DNA from: Eledone cirrhosa
Taxonomy: Eukaryota
DNA length: 64,000 nucleotides
NCBI GenBank assembly: GCA_964016885.1
Contig: OZ024741.1
Location: forward strand, 254,634,001-254,698,000
Direction of reading: 5' to 3'
A program made the position numbers and the translations under genes. This document shows positions 18,001 to 36,000 of this stretch, piece after piece; within the stretch, counting starts at the first letter, position 1, and the number at the start of each line of letters is the position of its first letter. Under the pieces are notes generated by a model. It made no database searches, had not been told where the DNA came from, and was given only the letters and a program-made list of their open reading frames with translations.

Positions 18001-21000
18001 CAGAAAACAGCAACAACTACAACAACACTGGCACTGACAGAGAAAACAGCAACAACTACAACAACACTGGCACTGACAGAGAAAACAGCAACAACTACAA
18101 CAACACTGGCACTGACACAGAAAACAGCAACAACTACAACAACACTGGCACTGACACAGAAAACAGCAACAACTACAACAACACTGGCACTGATATAGAA
18201 AACAGCAACAACAACAACACTGGCACTGATAGAGAAAACAGCAACAACAACAACACTGGCACTGACAGAGAAAACAGCAACAACAACAACACCGGCACTG
18301 ACACAGAAAACAGCAACAACTACAACAACACTGGCACGGAAAACAGCAACAACAGCAACAACAACACTGGCACTGACACAGAAAACAGCAACAACAGCAA
18401 CAACACTGGCACTGACACAGAAAACAGCAACAACAGCAACAACCGTGGCACTGACACAGAAAACAGCAACAACAGCAACAATAACACTGGCACTGGCACA
18501 GAAAACAGCAACAACAACACTGGAACTGACACAGAAAACAGCAACAGTAACAACAACAACACTGGCACTGACACAGAAAACAGCAACAACAACAACACTG
18601 GCACTGACAGTGAAAATAGCAACAGCAACAACACTGGCACTGACAGTGAAAATAGCAACAGCAACAACACTGGCACTGACAGAGAAAACAGCAACAACAA
18701 CAACACTGGCACCGACACAGAAAACAGCAACAACAACAACACTGGCACTGACAGAGAAAACAGCAACAACTACAACACTGGCACTGACAGAGAAAGCAGC
18801 AACAACAACAACAACACTGGCACTGACAGAGAAAACAGCAACAACTACAACAACACTGGCACTGACACAGAAAACAACAACAACTACAACAACACTGGCA
18901 CTGACAGAGAAAACCGCAACAACTACAACAAAACTGGCACTGACACAGAAAACAGCAACAACTACAACAACACTGGCACTGACACAGAAAACAGCAACAA
19001 CAACAACACTGGCACTGACAGAGAAAACAGCAACAACAACAACACTGGCACTGACAGAGAAAACAGCAACAACAACAACACTGACACTGACACAGAAAAC
19101 AGCAACAACAGCAACAACACTGGCACTGACACAGAAAACAGCAACAACTACAACAACACTGGCACTGATACAGAAAACAGAAACAACTACAACAACACTG
19201 GCACTGACAGAGAAAGCAGCAACAACTACAACAACACTGGCACTGACAGAGAAAACAGCAACAACAACAACACTGGCACTGACACAGAAAACAGCAACAA
19301 CTACATCAACACTGGCACTGACAGAGAAAACAGCAACAACTACAACAACACTGGCACTGACAGAGAAAACAGCAACAACTACAACAAAACTGGCACTGAC
19401 ACAGAAAACAGCAACAACTACAATAACACTGGCACTGACACAGAAAAAAGCAACAACAACAACACTGGCACTGACAGAGAAAACAGCAACAACAATAACA
19501 CTCGCACTGACACAGAAAACAGCAACAACAACAACACTGACACTGACACAGAAAACAGCAACAACAGCAACAACACTGGCACTGACACAGAAAACAGCAA
19601 CAACTACAACAACACTGGCACTGACAGAAAAAACAGCAACAACTACAACAACACTGGCACTGACAGAGAAAACAGTAACAACAACAACACTGGCACTGAC
19701 ACAGAAAACAGCAACAACTACAACAACACTGGCACTGACAGAGAAAACAGCAACAACTACAACAACACTGGCACTGACAGAGAAAACAGCAACAGCAACA
19801 ACACTGGCACTGACACAGAAAACAGCAACAACAGCAACAACAACACTGGCACTGACACAGAAAACAGCAACAACAGCAACAACAACACTGGCACTGACAC
19901 AGAAAACAGCAACAACAACAACACTGGCACTGACAGAGAAAACAGCAACAACAACACTGGCACTGACAGAGAAAACAGCAACAACAACAACACTGGCACT
20001 GACACAGAAAACAGCAACAACAACAGTGGCACTGACACAGAAAACGGCAACAACTACAACAACACTGGCACTGACAGAGAAAACAGCAACAACAACAACA
20101 CTGGCACTGATACAGAAAACAGAAACAACTACAACAACACTGGCACTGACAGAGAAAGCAGCAACAACTACAACAACACTGGCACTGACAGAGAAAACAG
20201 CAACAGCAACAACACTGGCACTGACACAGAAAACAGCAACAACTACAACAACACTGGCACTGACAGAGAAAACAGCAACAACTACAACAACACTGGCACT
20301 GACAGAGAAAACAGCAACAACTACAACAACACTGGCACTGACACAGAAAACAGCAACAACTACAACAACACTGGCACTGACACAGAAAACAGCAACAACT
20401 ACAACAACACTGGCACTGATATAGAAAACAGCAACAACAACAACACTGGCACTGATAGAGAAAACAGCAACAACAACAACACTGGCACTGACAGAGAAAA
20501 CAGCAACAACAACAACACCGGCACTGACACAGAAAACAGCAACAACTACAACAACACTGGCACGGAAAACAGCAACAACAGCAACAACAACACTGGCACT
20601 GACACAGAAAACAGCAACAACAGCAACAACACTGGCACTGACACAGAAAACAGCAACAACAGCAACAACCGTGGCACTGACACAGAAAACAGCAACAACA
20701 GCAACAATAACACTGGCACTGGCACAGAAAACAGCAACAACAACACTGGAACTGACACAGAAAACAGCAACAGTAACAACAACAACACTGGCACTGACAC
20801 AGAAAACAGCAACAACAACAACACTGGCACTGACAGTGAAAATAGCAACAGCAACAACACTGGCACTGACAGTGAAAATAGCAACAGCAACAACACTGGC
20901 ACTGACAGAGAAAACAGCAACAACAACAACACTGGCACCGACACAGAAAACAGCAACAACAACAACACTGGCACTGACAGAGAAAACAGCAACAACTACA

Positions 21001-24000
21001 ACACTGGCACTGACAGAGAAAGCAGCAACAACAACAACAACACTGGCACTGACAGAGAAAACAGCAACAACTACAACAACACTGGCACTGACACAGAAAA
21101 CAACAACAACTACAACAACACTGGCACTGACAGAGAAAACCGCAACAACTACAACAAAACTGGCACTGACACAGAAAACAGCAACAACTACAACAACACT
21201 GGCACTGACACAGAAAACAGCAACAACAACAACACTGGCACTGACAGAGAAAACAGCAACAACAACAACACTGGCACTGACAGAGAAAACAGCAACAACA
21301 ACAACACTGACACTGACACAGAAAACAGCAACAACAGCAACAACACTGGCACTGACACAGAAAACAGCAACAACTACAACAACACTGGCACTGATACAGA
21401 AAACAGAAACAACTACAACAACACTGGCACTGACAGAGAAAGCAGCAACAACTACAACAACACTGGCACTGACAGAGAAAACAGTAACAGCAACAACACT
21501 GGCACTGACACAGAAAACAGCAACAACTACAACAACACTGGCACTGACAGAGAAAACAGCAACAACTACAACAACACTGGCACTGACAGAGAAAACAGCA
21601 ACAACTACAACAACACTGGCACTGACACAGAAAACAGCAACAACTACAACAACACTGGCACTGACACAGAAAACAGCAACAACTACAACAACACTGGCAC
21701 TGATATAGAAAACAGCAACAACAACAACACTGGCACTGATAGAGAAAACAGCAACAACAACAACACTGGCACTGACAGAGAAAACAGCAACAACAACAAC
21801 ACCGGCACTGACACAGAAAACAGCAACAACTACAACAACACTGGCACGGAAAACAGCAACAACAGCAACAACAACACTGGCACTGACACAGAAAACAGCA
21901 ACAACAGCAACAACACTGGCACTGACACAGAAAACAGCAACAACAGCAACAACCGTGGCACTGACACAGAAAACAGCAACAACAGCAACAATAACACTGG
22001 CACTGGCACAGAAAACAGCAACAACAACACTGGAACTGACACAGAAAACAGCAACAGTAACAACAACAACACTGGCACTGACACAGAAAACAGCAACAAC
22101 AACAACACTGGCACTGACAGTGAAAATAGCAACAGCAACAACACTGGCACTGACAGTGAAAATAGCAACAGCAACAACACTGGCACTGACAGAGAAAACA
22201 GCAACAACAACAACACTGGCACCGACACAGAAAACAGCAACAACAACAACACTGGCACTGACAGAGAAAACAGCAACAACTACAACACTGGCACTGACAG
22301 AGAAAGCAGCAACAACAACAACAACACTGGCACTGACAGAGAAAACAGCAACAACTACAACAACACTGGCACTGACACAGAAAACAACAACAACTACAAC
22401 AACACTGGCACTGACAGAGAAAACCGCAACAACTACAACAAAACTGGCACTGACACAGAAAACAGCAACAACTACAACAACACTGGCACTGACACAGAAA
22501 ACAGCAACAACAACAACACTGGCACTGACAGAGAAAACAGCAACAACAACAACACTGGCACTGACAGAGAAAACAGCAACAACAACAACACTGACACTGA
22601 CACAGAAAACAGCAACAACAGCAACAACACTGGCACTGACACAGAAAACAGCAACAACTACAACAACACTGGCACTGACAGAGAAAACAGCAACAACTAC
22701 AACAACACTGGCACTGACAGAGAAAACAGCAACAACAACAACACTGGCACTGACACAGAAAACAGCAACAACTACAACACTGGCACTGACAGAGAAAACA
22801 GCAACAACTACAACAACACTGGCACTGACAGAGAAAACAGCAACAGCAACAACACTGACACAGAAAACAGCAACAACAGCAACAACAACACTGGCACTGA
22901 CACAGAAAACAGCAACAACAACAACACTGGCACTGACAGTGAAAATAGCAACAACAACAACACTGGCACTGACAGAGAAAACAGCAACAACATCAACACT
23001 GGCACTGACACAGAAAACAGCAACAACAACAACACTGGCACTGACACAGAAAACAGCAACAACTACAACAACACTGGCACTGACAGAGAAAACAGCAACA
23101 ACTACAACACTGGCACTGACAGAGAAAACAGCAACAACAACAACACTGGCACTGACAGAGAAAACAGCAACAACTACAACAACACTGGCACTGACACAGA
23201 AAACAGCAACAACTACAACAACACTGGCACTGACAGTGAAAACAGCAACAACTACAACAACATTGGCACTGACAGAGAAAACAGCAACAACAACAACACT
23301 GGCACTGACACAGAAAACAGCAACAACTACAACAACACTGGCACTAACAGAGAAAACAGCAACAACTACAACAACACTGGCACTGACAGAGAAAACAGCA
23401 ACAACTACAACAACACTGGCACTGACACAGAAAACAGCAACAACAACAACACTGGCACTGACACAGAAAACAGCAACAACTACAACAACACTGGCACTGA
23501 CAGAGAAAACAGCAACAACTACAACACTGGCACTGACAGAGAAAACAGCAACAACTACAACAACACTGGCACTGACACAGAAAACAGCAACAACTACAAC
23601 AACACTGGCACTGACAGTGAAAACAGCAACAACTACAACAACATTGGCACTGACAGAGAAAACAGCAATAACAACAACACTGGCACTGACACAGAAAACA
23701 GCAACAACTACAACAACACTGGCACTAACAGAGAAAACAGCAACAACTACAACAACACTGGCACTGACAGAGAAAACAGCAACAACTACAACAACACTGG
23801 CACTGACACAGAAAACAGCAACAACAACAACACTGGCATGACACAGAAAACAGCAACAACAACAACAACACTGGCACTGACAGAGAAAACAGCAACAACA
23901 ACAACAACACTGGCACTGACAGAGAAAACAGCAACAACTACAACAACACTGGCACTGACAGAGAAAACAGCAACAACTACAACAACACTGGCACTGACAC

Positions 24001-27000
24001 AGAAAACAGCAACAACTACAACAACAGTGGCACTGACAGAGAAAACAGCAACAACAACAACACTGGCACTGACAGAGAAAGCAGCAACAACAACAACACT
24101 GGCACTGACAGAGAAAACAGCAACAACAACAACACCGGCACTGACACAGAAAACAGCAACAACTACAACAACACTGGCACTGACAGAGAAAACAGCAACA
24201 ACTACAACAACACTGGCACTGACAGAGAAAACATCAACAACAACAACACTGGCACTGACAGAGAAAACAGCAACAACAGCAACAACAACAGTGGCACTGA
24301 CACAGAAAACAGCAACAACAGCAACAATAACACTGGCACTGGCCCAGAAAACAGCAACAACAACAACAACAACAACACTGGAACTGACACAGAAAACAGC
24401 AACAGTAACAACAACAACACTGGCACTGACACAGAAAACAGCAACAACAGCAACAACAACACTGGCACTGACACAGAAAACAGCAACAACAGCAACAACA
24501 GTGGCACTGACACAGAAAACAGCAACAACAGCAACAATAACACTGGCACTGGCACAGAAAACAGCAACAGTAACAACAACAACACTGGCACAGAAAACAG
24601 CAACAGTAACAACAACAACACTGGCACTGACACAGAAAACAGCAACAACAACAACACTGGCACTGACACAGAAAACAGCAACAACAACAACACTGGCACT
24701 GACAGTGAAAATAGCAACAACAACAACACTGGCACTGACAGAGAAAACAGCAACAACAACAACAACACTGGCACTGACAGAGAAAACAACAACAACTACA
24801 ACACTGGCACTGACAGAGAAAAGAGCAACAACAACAACACTGGCACTGACAGAGAAAACAGCAACAACTGCAACAACACTGGCACTGACACAGAAAACAG
24901 CAACAACAACAACAAAACTGGCACTGACAGAGAAAACAGCAACAACTACAACAACACTGGCAATGACAGAGAAAACAACAACAACAACAACACTGGCACT
25001 GACACAAAAAACAGCAACAACTACAACAACACTGGCACTGACAGAGAAAACAGCAACAACTACAACAACACTGGCACTGACACGGAAAACAGCAACAACT
25101 ACAACAACACTGGCACTGACAGAGAAAACAGCAACAACAACAACACTGGCACTGACACAGAAAACAGCAACAACAACAGTGGCACTGACACAGAAAACGG
25201 CAACAACTACAACAACACTGGCACTGACAGAGAAAACAGCAACAACAACAACACTGGCACTGATACAGAAAACAGAAACAACTACAACAACACTGGCACT
25301 GACAGAGAAAGCAGCAACAACTACAACAACACTGGCACTGACAGAGAAAACAGCAACAGCAACAACACTGGCACTGACACAGAAAACAGCAACAACTACA
25401 ACAACACTGGCACTGACAGAGAAAACAGCAACAACTACAACAACACTGGCACTGACAGAGAAAACAGCAACAACTACAACAACACTGGCACTGACACAGA
25501 AAACAGCAACAACTACAACAACACTGGCACTGACACAGAAAACAGCAACAACTACAACAACACTGGCACTGACACAGAAAACAGCAACAACAACAACACT
25601 GGCACTGATAGAGAAAACAGCAACAACAACAACACTGGCACTGACAGAGAAAACAGCAACAACAACAACACCGGCACTGACACAGAAAACAGCAACAACT
25701 ACAACAACACTGGCACGGAAAACAGCAACAACAGCAACAACAACACTGGCACTGACACAGAAAACAGCAACAACAGCAACAACACTGGCACTGACACAGA
25801 AAACAGCAACAACAGCAACAACCGTGGCACTGACACAGAAAACAGCAACAACAGCAACAATAACACTGGCACTGGCACAGAAAACAGCAACAACAACACT
25901 GGAACTGACACAGAAAACAGCAACAGTAACAACAACAACACTGGCACTGACACAGAAAACAGCAACAACAACAACACTGGCACTGACAGTGAAAATTGCA
26001 ACAGCAACAACACTGGCACTGACAGTGAAAATAGCAACAGCAACAACACTGGCACTGACAGAGAAAACAGCAACAACAACAACACTGGCACCGACACAGA
26101 AAACAGCAACAACAACATCACTGGCACTGACAGAGAAAACAGCAACAACTACAACACTGGCACTGACAGAGAAAGCAGCAACAACAACAACAAGACTGGC
26201 ACTGACAGAGAAAACAGCAACAACTACAACAACACTGGCACTGACACAGAAAACAACAACAACTACAACAACACTGGCACTGACAGAGAAAACAGCAACA
26301 ACTACAACAAAACTGGCACTGACACAGAAAACAGCAACAACTACAACAACACTGGCACTGACACAGAAAACAGCAACAACAACAACACTGGCACTGACAG
26401 AGAAAACAGCAACAACAACAACAACACTGGCACTGACAGAGAAAACAGCAACAACAACAACACTGGCACTGACACAGAAAACAGCAACAACTACAACAAC
26501 ACTGGCACTGACAGAGAAAACAGCAACAACTACAACAACACTGGCACTGACAGAGAAAACAGCAACAGCAACAACACTGGCACTGACACAGAAAACAGCA
26601 ACAACAGCAACAACAACACTGGCACTGACACAGAAAACAGCAACAACAACAACACTGGCACTGACAGTGAAAATAGCAACAACAACAACACTGGCACTGA
26701 CAGAGAAAACAGCAACAACATCAACACTGGCACTGACACAGAAAACAGCAAATACAACAACACTGGCACTGACACAGAAAACAGCAACAACTACAACAAC
26801 ACTGGCACTGACAGAGAAAACAGCAACAACTACAACACTGGCACTGACAGAGAAAACAGCAACAACAACAACACTGGCACTGACAGAGAAAACCGCAACA
26901 ACTACAACAACACTGGCACTGACACAGAAAACAGCAACAACTACAACAACACTGGCACTGACAGTGAAAACAGCAACAACTACAACAACATTGGCACTGA

Positions 27001-30000
27001 CAGAGAAAACAGCAACAACAACAACACTGGCACTGACACAGAAAACAGCAACAACTACAACAACACTGGCACTGACAGAGAAAACAGCAACAACTACAAC
27101 AACACTGGCACTGACACAGAAAACAGCAACAACAACAACACTGGCAATGACACAGAAAACAGCAAGAACTACAACAACACTGGCACTGACAGAGAAAACA
27201 GCAACAACTACAACACTGGCACTGACAGAGAAAACAGCAACAACTACAACAACACTGGCACTGACACAGAAAACAGCAACAACTACAACAACACTGGCAC
27301 TGACAGTGAAAACAGCAACAACTACAACAACATTGGCACTGACAGAGAAAACAGCAATAACAACAACACTGGCACTGACACAGAAAACAGCAACAACTAC
27401 AACAACACTGGCACTAACAGAGAAAACAGCAACAACTACAACAACACTGGCACTGACAGAGAAAACAGCAACAACTACAACAACACTGGCACTGACACAG
27501 AAAACAGCAACAACAACATCACTGGCACTGACACAGAAAACAGCAACAACTACAACAACACTGGCACTGACAGAGAAAACAGCAACAACAACAACAACAA
27601 CACTGGCACTAACAGAGAAAACAGCAACAACTACAACAACACTGGCACTGACAGAGAAAACAGCAACAACTACAACAACACTGGCACTGACACAGAAAAC
27701 AGCAACAACTACAACAACAGTGGCACTGACAGAGAAAACAGCAACAACAACAACACTGGCACTGACAGAGAAAACAGCAACAACAACAACACTGGCACTG
27801 ACAGAGAAAACAGCAACAACAACAACACCGGCACTGACACAGAAAACAGCAACAACTACAACAACACTGGCACTGACAGAGAAAACAGCAACAACTACAA
27901 CAACACTGGCACTGACAGAGAAAACAACAACAACAACAACAACACTGGCACTGACAGAGAAAACAGCAACAACAGCAACAACAACAGTGGCACTGACACA
28001 GAAAACAGCAACAACAGCAACAATAACACTGGCACTGGCACAGAAAACAGCAACAACAACAACAACAACAACACTGGAACTGACACAGAAAACAGCAACA
28101 GTAACAACAACAACACTGGCACTGACACAGAAAACAGCAAGAACACTGGCACTGACACAGAAAACAGCAACAACTACAACATCACTGGCACGGAAAACAG
28201 CAACAACAACAACAACAACACTGACACTGACACAGAAAACAGCAACAACAGCAACAACAACACTGGCACTGACACAGAAAACAGCAACAACAGCAACAAC
28301 AGTGGCACTGACACAGAAAACAGCAACAACAGCAACAATAACACTGGCACTGGCACAGAAAACAGCAACAGTAACAACAACAACACTGGCACAGAAAACA
28401 GCAACAGTAACAACAACAACACTGGCACTGACACAGAAAACAGCAACAACAACAACACTGGCACTGACACAGAAAACAGCAACAACAGCAACAACAACAC
28501 TGGCACTGACACAGAAAACAGCAACAACAGCAACAACAACACTGGCACTGACAGAGAAAACAGCAACAACAACACTGGCACTGACAGAGAAAACAGCAAC
28601 AACAACAACACTGGCACTGACACAGAAAACAGCAACAACAACAGTGGCACTGACACAGAAAACGGCAACAACTACAACAACACTGGCACTGACAGAGAAA
28701 ACAGCAACAACAACAACACTGGCACTGATACAGAAAACAGAAACAACTACAACAACACTGGCACTGACAGAGAAAGCAGCAACAACTACAACAACACTGG
28801 CACTGACAGAGAAAACAGCAACAGCAACAACACTGGCACTGACACAGAAAACAGCAACAACTACAACAACACTGGCACTGACAGAGAAAACAGCAACAAC
28901 TACAACAACACTGGCACTGACAGAGAAAACAGCAACAACTACAACAACACTGGCACTGACACAGAAAACAGCAACAACTACAACAACACTGGCACTGACA
29001 CAGAAAACAGCAACAACTACAACAACACTGGCACTGACACAGAAAACAGCAACAACAACAACACTGGCACTGATAGAGAAAACAGCAACAACAACAACAC
29101 TGGCACTGACAGAGAAAACAGCAACAACAACAACACCGGCACTGACACAGAAAACAGCAACAACTACAACAACACTGGCACGGAAAACAGCAACAACAGC
29201 AACAACAACACTGGCACTGACACAGAAAACAGCAACAACAGCAACAACACTGGCACTGACACAGAAAACAGCAACAACAGCAACAACCGTGGCACTGACA
29301 CAGAAAACAGCAACAACAGCAACAATAACACTGGCACTGGCACAGAAAACAGCAACAACAACACTGGAACTGACACAGAAAACAGCAACAGTAACAACAA
29401 CAACACTGGCACTGACAGTGAAAATTGCAACAGCAACAACACTGGCACTGACAGTGAAAATAGCAACAGCAACAACACTGGCACTGACAGAGAAAACAGC
29501 AACAACAACAACACTGGCACCGACACAGAAAACAGCAACAACAACAACACTGGCACTGACAGAGAAAACAGCAACAACTACAACACTGGCACTGACAGAG
29601 AAAGCAGCAACAACAACAACAACACTGGCACTGACAGAGAAAACAGCAACAACTACAACAACACTGGCACTGACACAGAAAACAACAACTACAACAACAC
29701 TGGCACTGACAGAGAAAACAGCAACAACTACAACAAAACTGGCACTGACTCAGAAAACAGCAACAACTACAACAACACTGGCACTGACACAGAAAACAGC
29801 AACAACAACAACACTGGCACTGACAGAGAAAACAGCAACAACAACAACACTGGCACTGACAGAGAAAACAGCAACAACAACAACACTGACACTGACACAG
29901 AAAACAGCAACAACAGCAACAACACTGGCACTGACACAGAAAACAGCAACAACTACAACAACACTGGCACTGACAGAGAAAACAGCAACAACTACAACAA

Positions 30001-33000
30001 CACTGGCACTGACAGAGAAAACAGCAACAACAACAACACTGGCACTGACACAGAAAACAGCAACAACTACAACAACACTGGCACTGACAGAGAAAACAGC
30101 AACAACTACAACAACACTGGCACTGACAGAGAAAACAGCAACAGCAACAACACTGGCGCTGACACAGAAAACAGCAACAACAGCAACAACAACACTGGCA
30201 CTGACACAGAAAACAGCAACAACAACAACACTGGCACTGACAGTGAAAATAGCAACAACAACAACACTGGCACTGACAGAGAAAACAGCAACAACATCAA
30301 CACTGGCACTGACACAGAAAACAGCAACAACAACAACACTGGCACTGACACAGAAAACAGCAACAACTACAACAACACTGGCACTGACAGAGAAAACAGC
30401 AACAACTACAACACTGGCACTGACAGAGAAAACAGCAACAACAACAACACTGGCACTGACAGAGAAAACAGCAACAACTACAACAACACTGGCACTGACA
30501 CAGAAAACAGCAACAACTACAACAACACTGGCACTGACAGTGAAAACAGCAACAACTACAACAACATTGGCACTGACAGAGAAAACAGCAACAACAACAA
30601 CACTGGCACTGACACAGAAAACAGCAACAACTACAACAACACTGGCACTGACAGAGAAAACAGCAACAACTACAACAACACTGGCACTGACACAGAAAAC
30701 AGCAACAACAACAACACTGGCACTGACACAGAAAACAGCAACAACTACAACAACACTGGCACTGACAGAGAAAACAGCAACAACTACAACACTGGCACTG
30801 ACAGAGAAAACAGCAACAACTACAACAACACTGGCACTGACACAGAAAACAGCAACAACTACAACAACACTGGCACTGACAGTGAAAACAGCAACAACTA
30901 CAACAACATTGGCACTGACAGAGAAAACAGCAATAACAACAACACTGGCACTGACACAGAAAACAGCAACAACTACAACAACACTGGCACTAACAGAGAA
31001 AACAGCAACAACTACAACAACACTGGCACTGACAGAGAAAACAGCAACAACTACAACAACACTGGCACTGACACAGAAAACAGCAACAACAACAACACTG
31101 GCACTGACACAGAAAACAGCAACAACTACAACAACACTGGCACTGACAGAGAAAACAGCAACAACAACAACAACACTGGCACTGACAGAGAAAACAGCAA
31201 CAACTACAACAACACTGGCACTGACAGAGAAAACAGCAACAACAACAACACTGGCACTGACACAGAAAACAGCAACAACTACAACAACACTGGCACTGAC
31301 AGAGAAAACAGCAACAACTACAACAACACTGGCACTGACAGAGAAAACAGCAACAGCAACAACACTGGCGCTGACACAGAAAACAGCAACAACAGCAACA
31401 ACAACACTGGCACTGACACAGAAAACAGCAACAACAACAACACTGGCACTGACAGTGAAAATAGCAACAACAACAACACTGGCACTGACAGAGAAAACAG
31501 CAACAACATCAACACTGGCACTGACACAGAAAACAGCAACAACAACAACACTGGCACTGACACAGAAAACAGCAACAACTACAACAACACTGGCACTGAC
31601 AGAGAAAACAGCAACAACTACAACACTGGCACTGACAGAGAAAACAGCAACAACAACAACACTGGCACTGACAGAGAAAACAGCAACAACTACAACAACA
31701 CTGGCACTGACACAGAAAACAGCAACAACTACAACAACACTGGCACTGACAGTGAAAACAGCAACAACTACAACAACATTGGCACTGACAGAGAAAACAG
31801 CAACAACAACAACACTGGCACTGACACAGAAAACAGCAACAACTACAACAACACTGGCACTGACAGAGAAAACAGCAACAACTACAACAACACTGGCACT
31901 GACACAGAAAACAGCAACAACAACAACACTGGCACTGACACAGAAAACAGCAACAACTACAACAACACTGGCACTGACAGAGAAAACAGCAACAACTACA
32001 ACACTGGCACTGACAGAGAAAACAGCAACAACTACAACAACACTGGCACTGACACAGAAAACAGCAACAACTACAACAACACTGGCACTGACAGTGAAAA
32101 CAGCAACAACTACAACAACATTGGCACTGACAGAGAAAACAGCAATAACAACAACACTGGCACTGACACAGAAAACAGCAACAACTACAACAACACTGGC
32201 ACTAACAGAGAAAACAGCAACAACTACAACAACACTGGCACTGACAGAGAAAACAGCAACAACTACAACAACACTGGCACTGACACAGAAAACAGCAACA
32301 ACAACAACACTGGCACTGACACAGAAAACAGCAACAACTACAACAACACTGGCACTGACAGAGAAAACAGCAACAACAACAACAACACTGGCACTGACAG
32401 AGAAAACAGCAACAACTACAACAACACTGGCACTGACAGAGAAAACAGCAACAACTACAACAACACTGGCACTGACACAGAAAACAGCAACAACTAGAAC
32501 AACAGTGGCACTGACAGAGAAAACAGCAACAACAACAACACTGGCACTGACAGAGAAAACAGCAACAACAACAACACTGGCACTGACAGAGAAAACAGCA
32601 ACAACAACAACACCGGCACTGACACAGAAAACAGCAACAACTACAACAACACTGGCACTGACAGAGAAAACAGCAACAACTACAACAACACTGGCACTGA
32701 CAGAGAAAACAACAACAACAACAACAACACTGGCACTGACAGAGAAAACAGCAACAACAGCAACAACAACAGTGGCACTGACACAGAAAACAGCAACAAC
32801 AGCAACAATAACACTGGCACTGGCACAGAAAACAGCAACAACAACAACAACAACAAAACTGGAACTGACACAGAAATCAGCAACAGTAACAACAACAACA
32901 CTGGCACTGACACAGAAAACAGCAAGAACACTGGCACTGACACAGAAAACAGCAACAACTACAACATCACTGGCACGGAAAACAGCAACAACAGCAACAA

Positions 33001-36000
33001 CAACACTGGCACTGACACAGAAAACAGCAACAACAGCAACAACAACACTGGCACTGACACAGAAAACAGCAACAACAGCAACAACAGTGGCACTGACACA
33101 GAAAACAGCAACAACAACAACAATAACACTGGCACTGGCACAGAAAACAGCAACAGTAACAACAACAACACTGGTACAGAAAACAGCAACAGTAACAACA
33201 ACAACACTGGCACTGACACAGAAAACAGCAACAACAACAACACTGGCACTGACACAGAAAACAGCAACAACAACAACACTGGCACTGACAGTGAAAATAG
33301 CAACAACAACAACACTGGCACTGACAGAGAAAACAGCAACAACAACAACACTGGCACTGACAGAGAAAACAACAACAACTACAACACTGGCACTGACAGA
33401 GAAAAGAGCAACAACAACAACACTGGCACTGACAGAGAAAACAGCAACAACTGCAACAACACTGGCACTGACACAGAAAACAGCAACAACAACAACAAAA
33501 CTGGCACTGACAGAGAAAACAGCAACAACTACAACAACACTGGCACTGACAGAGAAAACAGCAACAACAACAACACTGGCACTGACACAAAAAACAGCAA
33601 CAACTACAACAACACTGGCACTGACAGAGAAAACAGCAACAACTACAACAACACTGGCACTGACACGGAAAACAGCAACAACTACAACAACACTGGCACT
33701 GACAGAGAAAACAGCAACAACAACAACACTGGCACTGACACAGAAAACAGCAACAACTACAACAACACTGGCACTCACAGAGAAAACAGCAACAACTACA
33801 ACAACACTGGCACTGACACAGAAAACAGCAACAACTACAACAACACTGGCACTGACACAGAAAACAGCAACAACTACAACAACACTGGCACTGACACAGA
33901 AAACAGCAACAACAACAACACTGGCACTGACACAGAAAACAGCAACAACAACAACACTGGCACTGACAGAGAAAACAGCAACAACAACAACACTGGCACT
34001 GACAGAGAAAACAGCAACAACAACAACACCGGCACTGACACAGAAAACAGCAACAACTACAACAACACTGGCACTGACAGAGAAAACAGCAACAACTACA
34101 ACAACACTGGCACTGTCAGAGAAAACAGCAACAACAACAACACTGGCACTGACACAGAAAACAGCAACAACTACAACACTGGCACTGACAGAGAAAACAG
34201 CAACAACTACAACAACACTGGCACTGACACAGAAAACAGCAACAACAGCAACAACAACACTGGCACTGACACAGAAAACAGCAACAACAGCAATAACAAT
34301 GGCACTGACACAGAAAACAGCAACAACAACAACACTGGCACTGACAGAGAAAACAGCAACAACAACACTGGCACTGACAGAGAAAACAGCAACAACAACA
34401 ACACTGGCACTGACACAGAAAACATCAACAACAACAGTGGCACTGACACAGAAAACAGCAACAACTACAACAACACTGGCACTGACAGAGAAAACAGCAA
34501 CAACAACAACACTGGCACTGACACAGAAAACAGCAACAACAACAACAACAACACTGGCACTGACACAGAAAACAGCAACAACTACAACAACACTGGCACT
34601 GACACAGAAAACAGCAACAACAACAACACTGGCACTGATAGAGAAAACAGCAACAACAACAACACTGGCACTGACAGAGAAAACAGCAACAACAACAACA
34701 CCGGCACTGACACAGAAAACAGCAACAACTACCACAACACTGGCACGGAAAACAGCAACAACAGCAACAACAACACTGGCACTGACACATAAAACAGCAA
34801 CAACAGCAACAACACTGGCACTGACACAGAAAACAGCAACAACAGCAACAACCGTGGCACTGACACAGAAAACAGCAACAACAGCAACAATAACACTGGC
34901 ACTGGCACAGAAAACAGCAACAACAACACTGGAACTGACACAGAAAACAGCAACAGTAACAACAACAACACTGGCACTGACACAGAAAACAGCAACAACA
35001 ACAACACTGGCACTGACAGTGAAAATTGCAACAGCAACAACACTGGCACTGACAGTGAAAATAGCAACAGCAACAACACTGGCACTGACAGAGAAAACAG
35101 CAACAACAACAACACTGGCACCGACACAGAAAACAGCAACAACAACAACACTGGCACTGACAGAGAAAACAGCAACAACTACAACACTGGCACTGACAGA
35201 GAAAGCAGCAACAACAACAACAACACTGGCACTGACAGAGAAAACAGCAACAACTACAACAACACTGGCACTGACACAGAAAACAACAACTACAACAACA
35301 CTGGCACTGACAGAGAAAACAGCAACAACTACAACAAAACTGGCACTGACACAGAAAACAGCAACAACTACAACAACACTGGCACTGACACAGAAAACAG
35401 CAACAACAACAACACTGGCACTGACAGAGAAAACAGCAACAACAACAACACTGGCACTGACAGAGAAAACAGCAACAACAACAACACTGACACTGACACA
35501 GAAAACAGCAACAACAGCAACAACACTGGCACTGACACAGAAAACAGCAACAACTACAACAACACTGGCACTGACAGAGAAAACAGCAACAACTACAACA
35601 ACACTGGCACTGACAGAGAAAACAGCAACAACAACAACACTGGCACTGACACAGAAAACAGCAACAACTACAACAACACTGGCACTGACAGAGAAAACAG
35701 CAACAACTACAACAACACTGGCACTGACAGAGAAAACAGCAACAGCAACAACACTGGCGCTGACACAGAAAACAGCAACAACAGCAACAACAACACTGGC
35801 ACTGACACAGAAAACAGCAACAACAACAACACTGGCACTGACAGTGAAAATAGCAACAACAACAACACTGGCACTGACAGAGAAAACAGCAACAACATCA
35901 ACACTGGCACTGACACAGAAAACAGCAACAACAACAACACTGGCACTGACACAGAAAACAGCAACAACTACAACAACACTGGCACTGACAGAGAAAACAG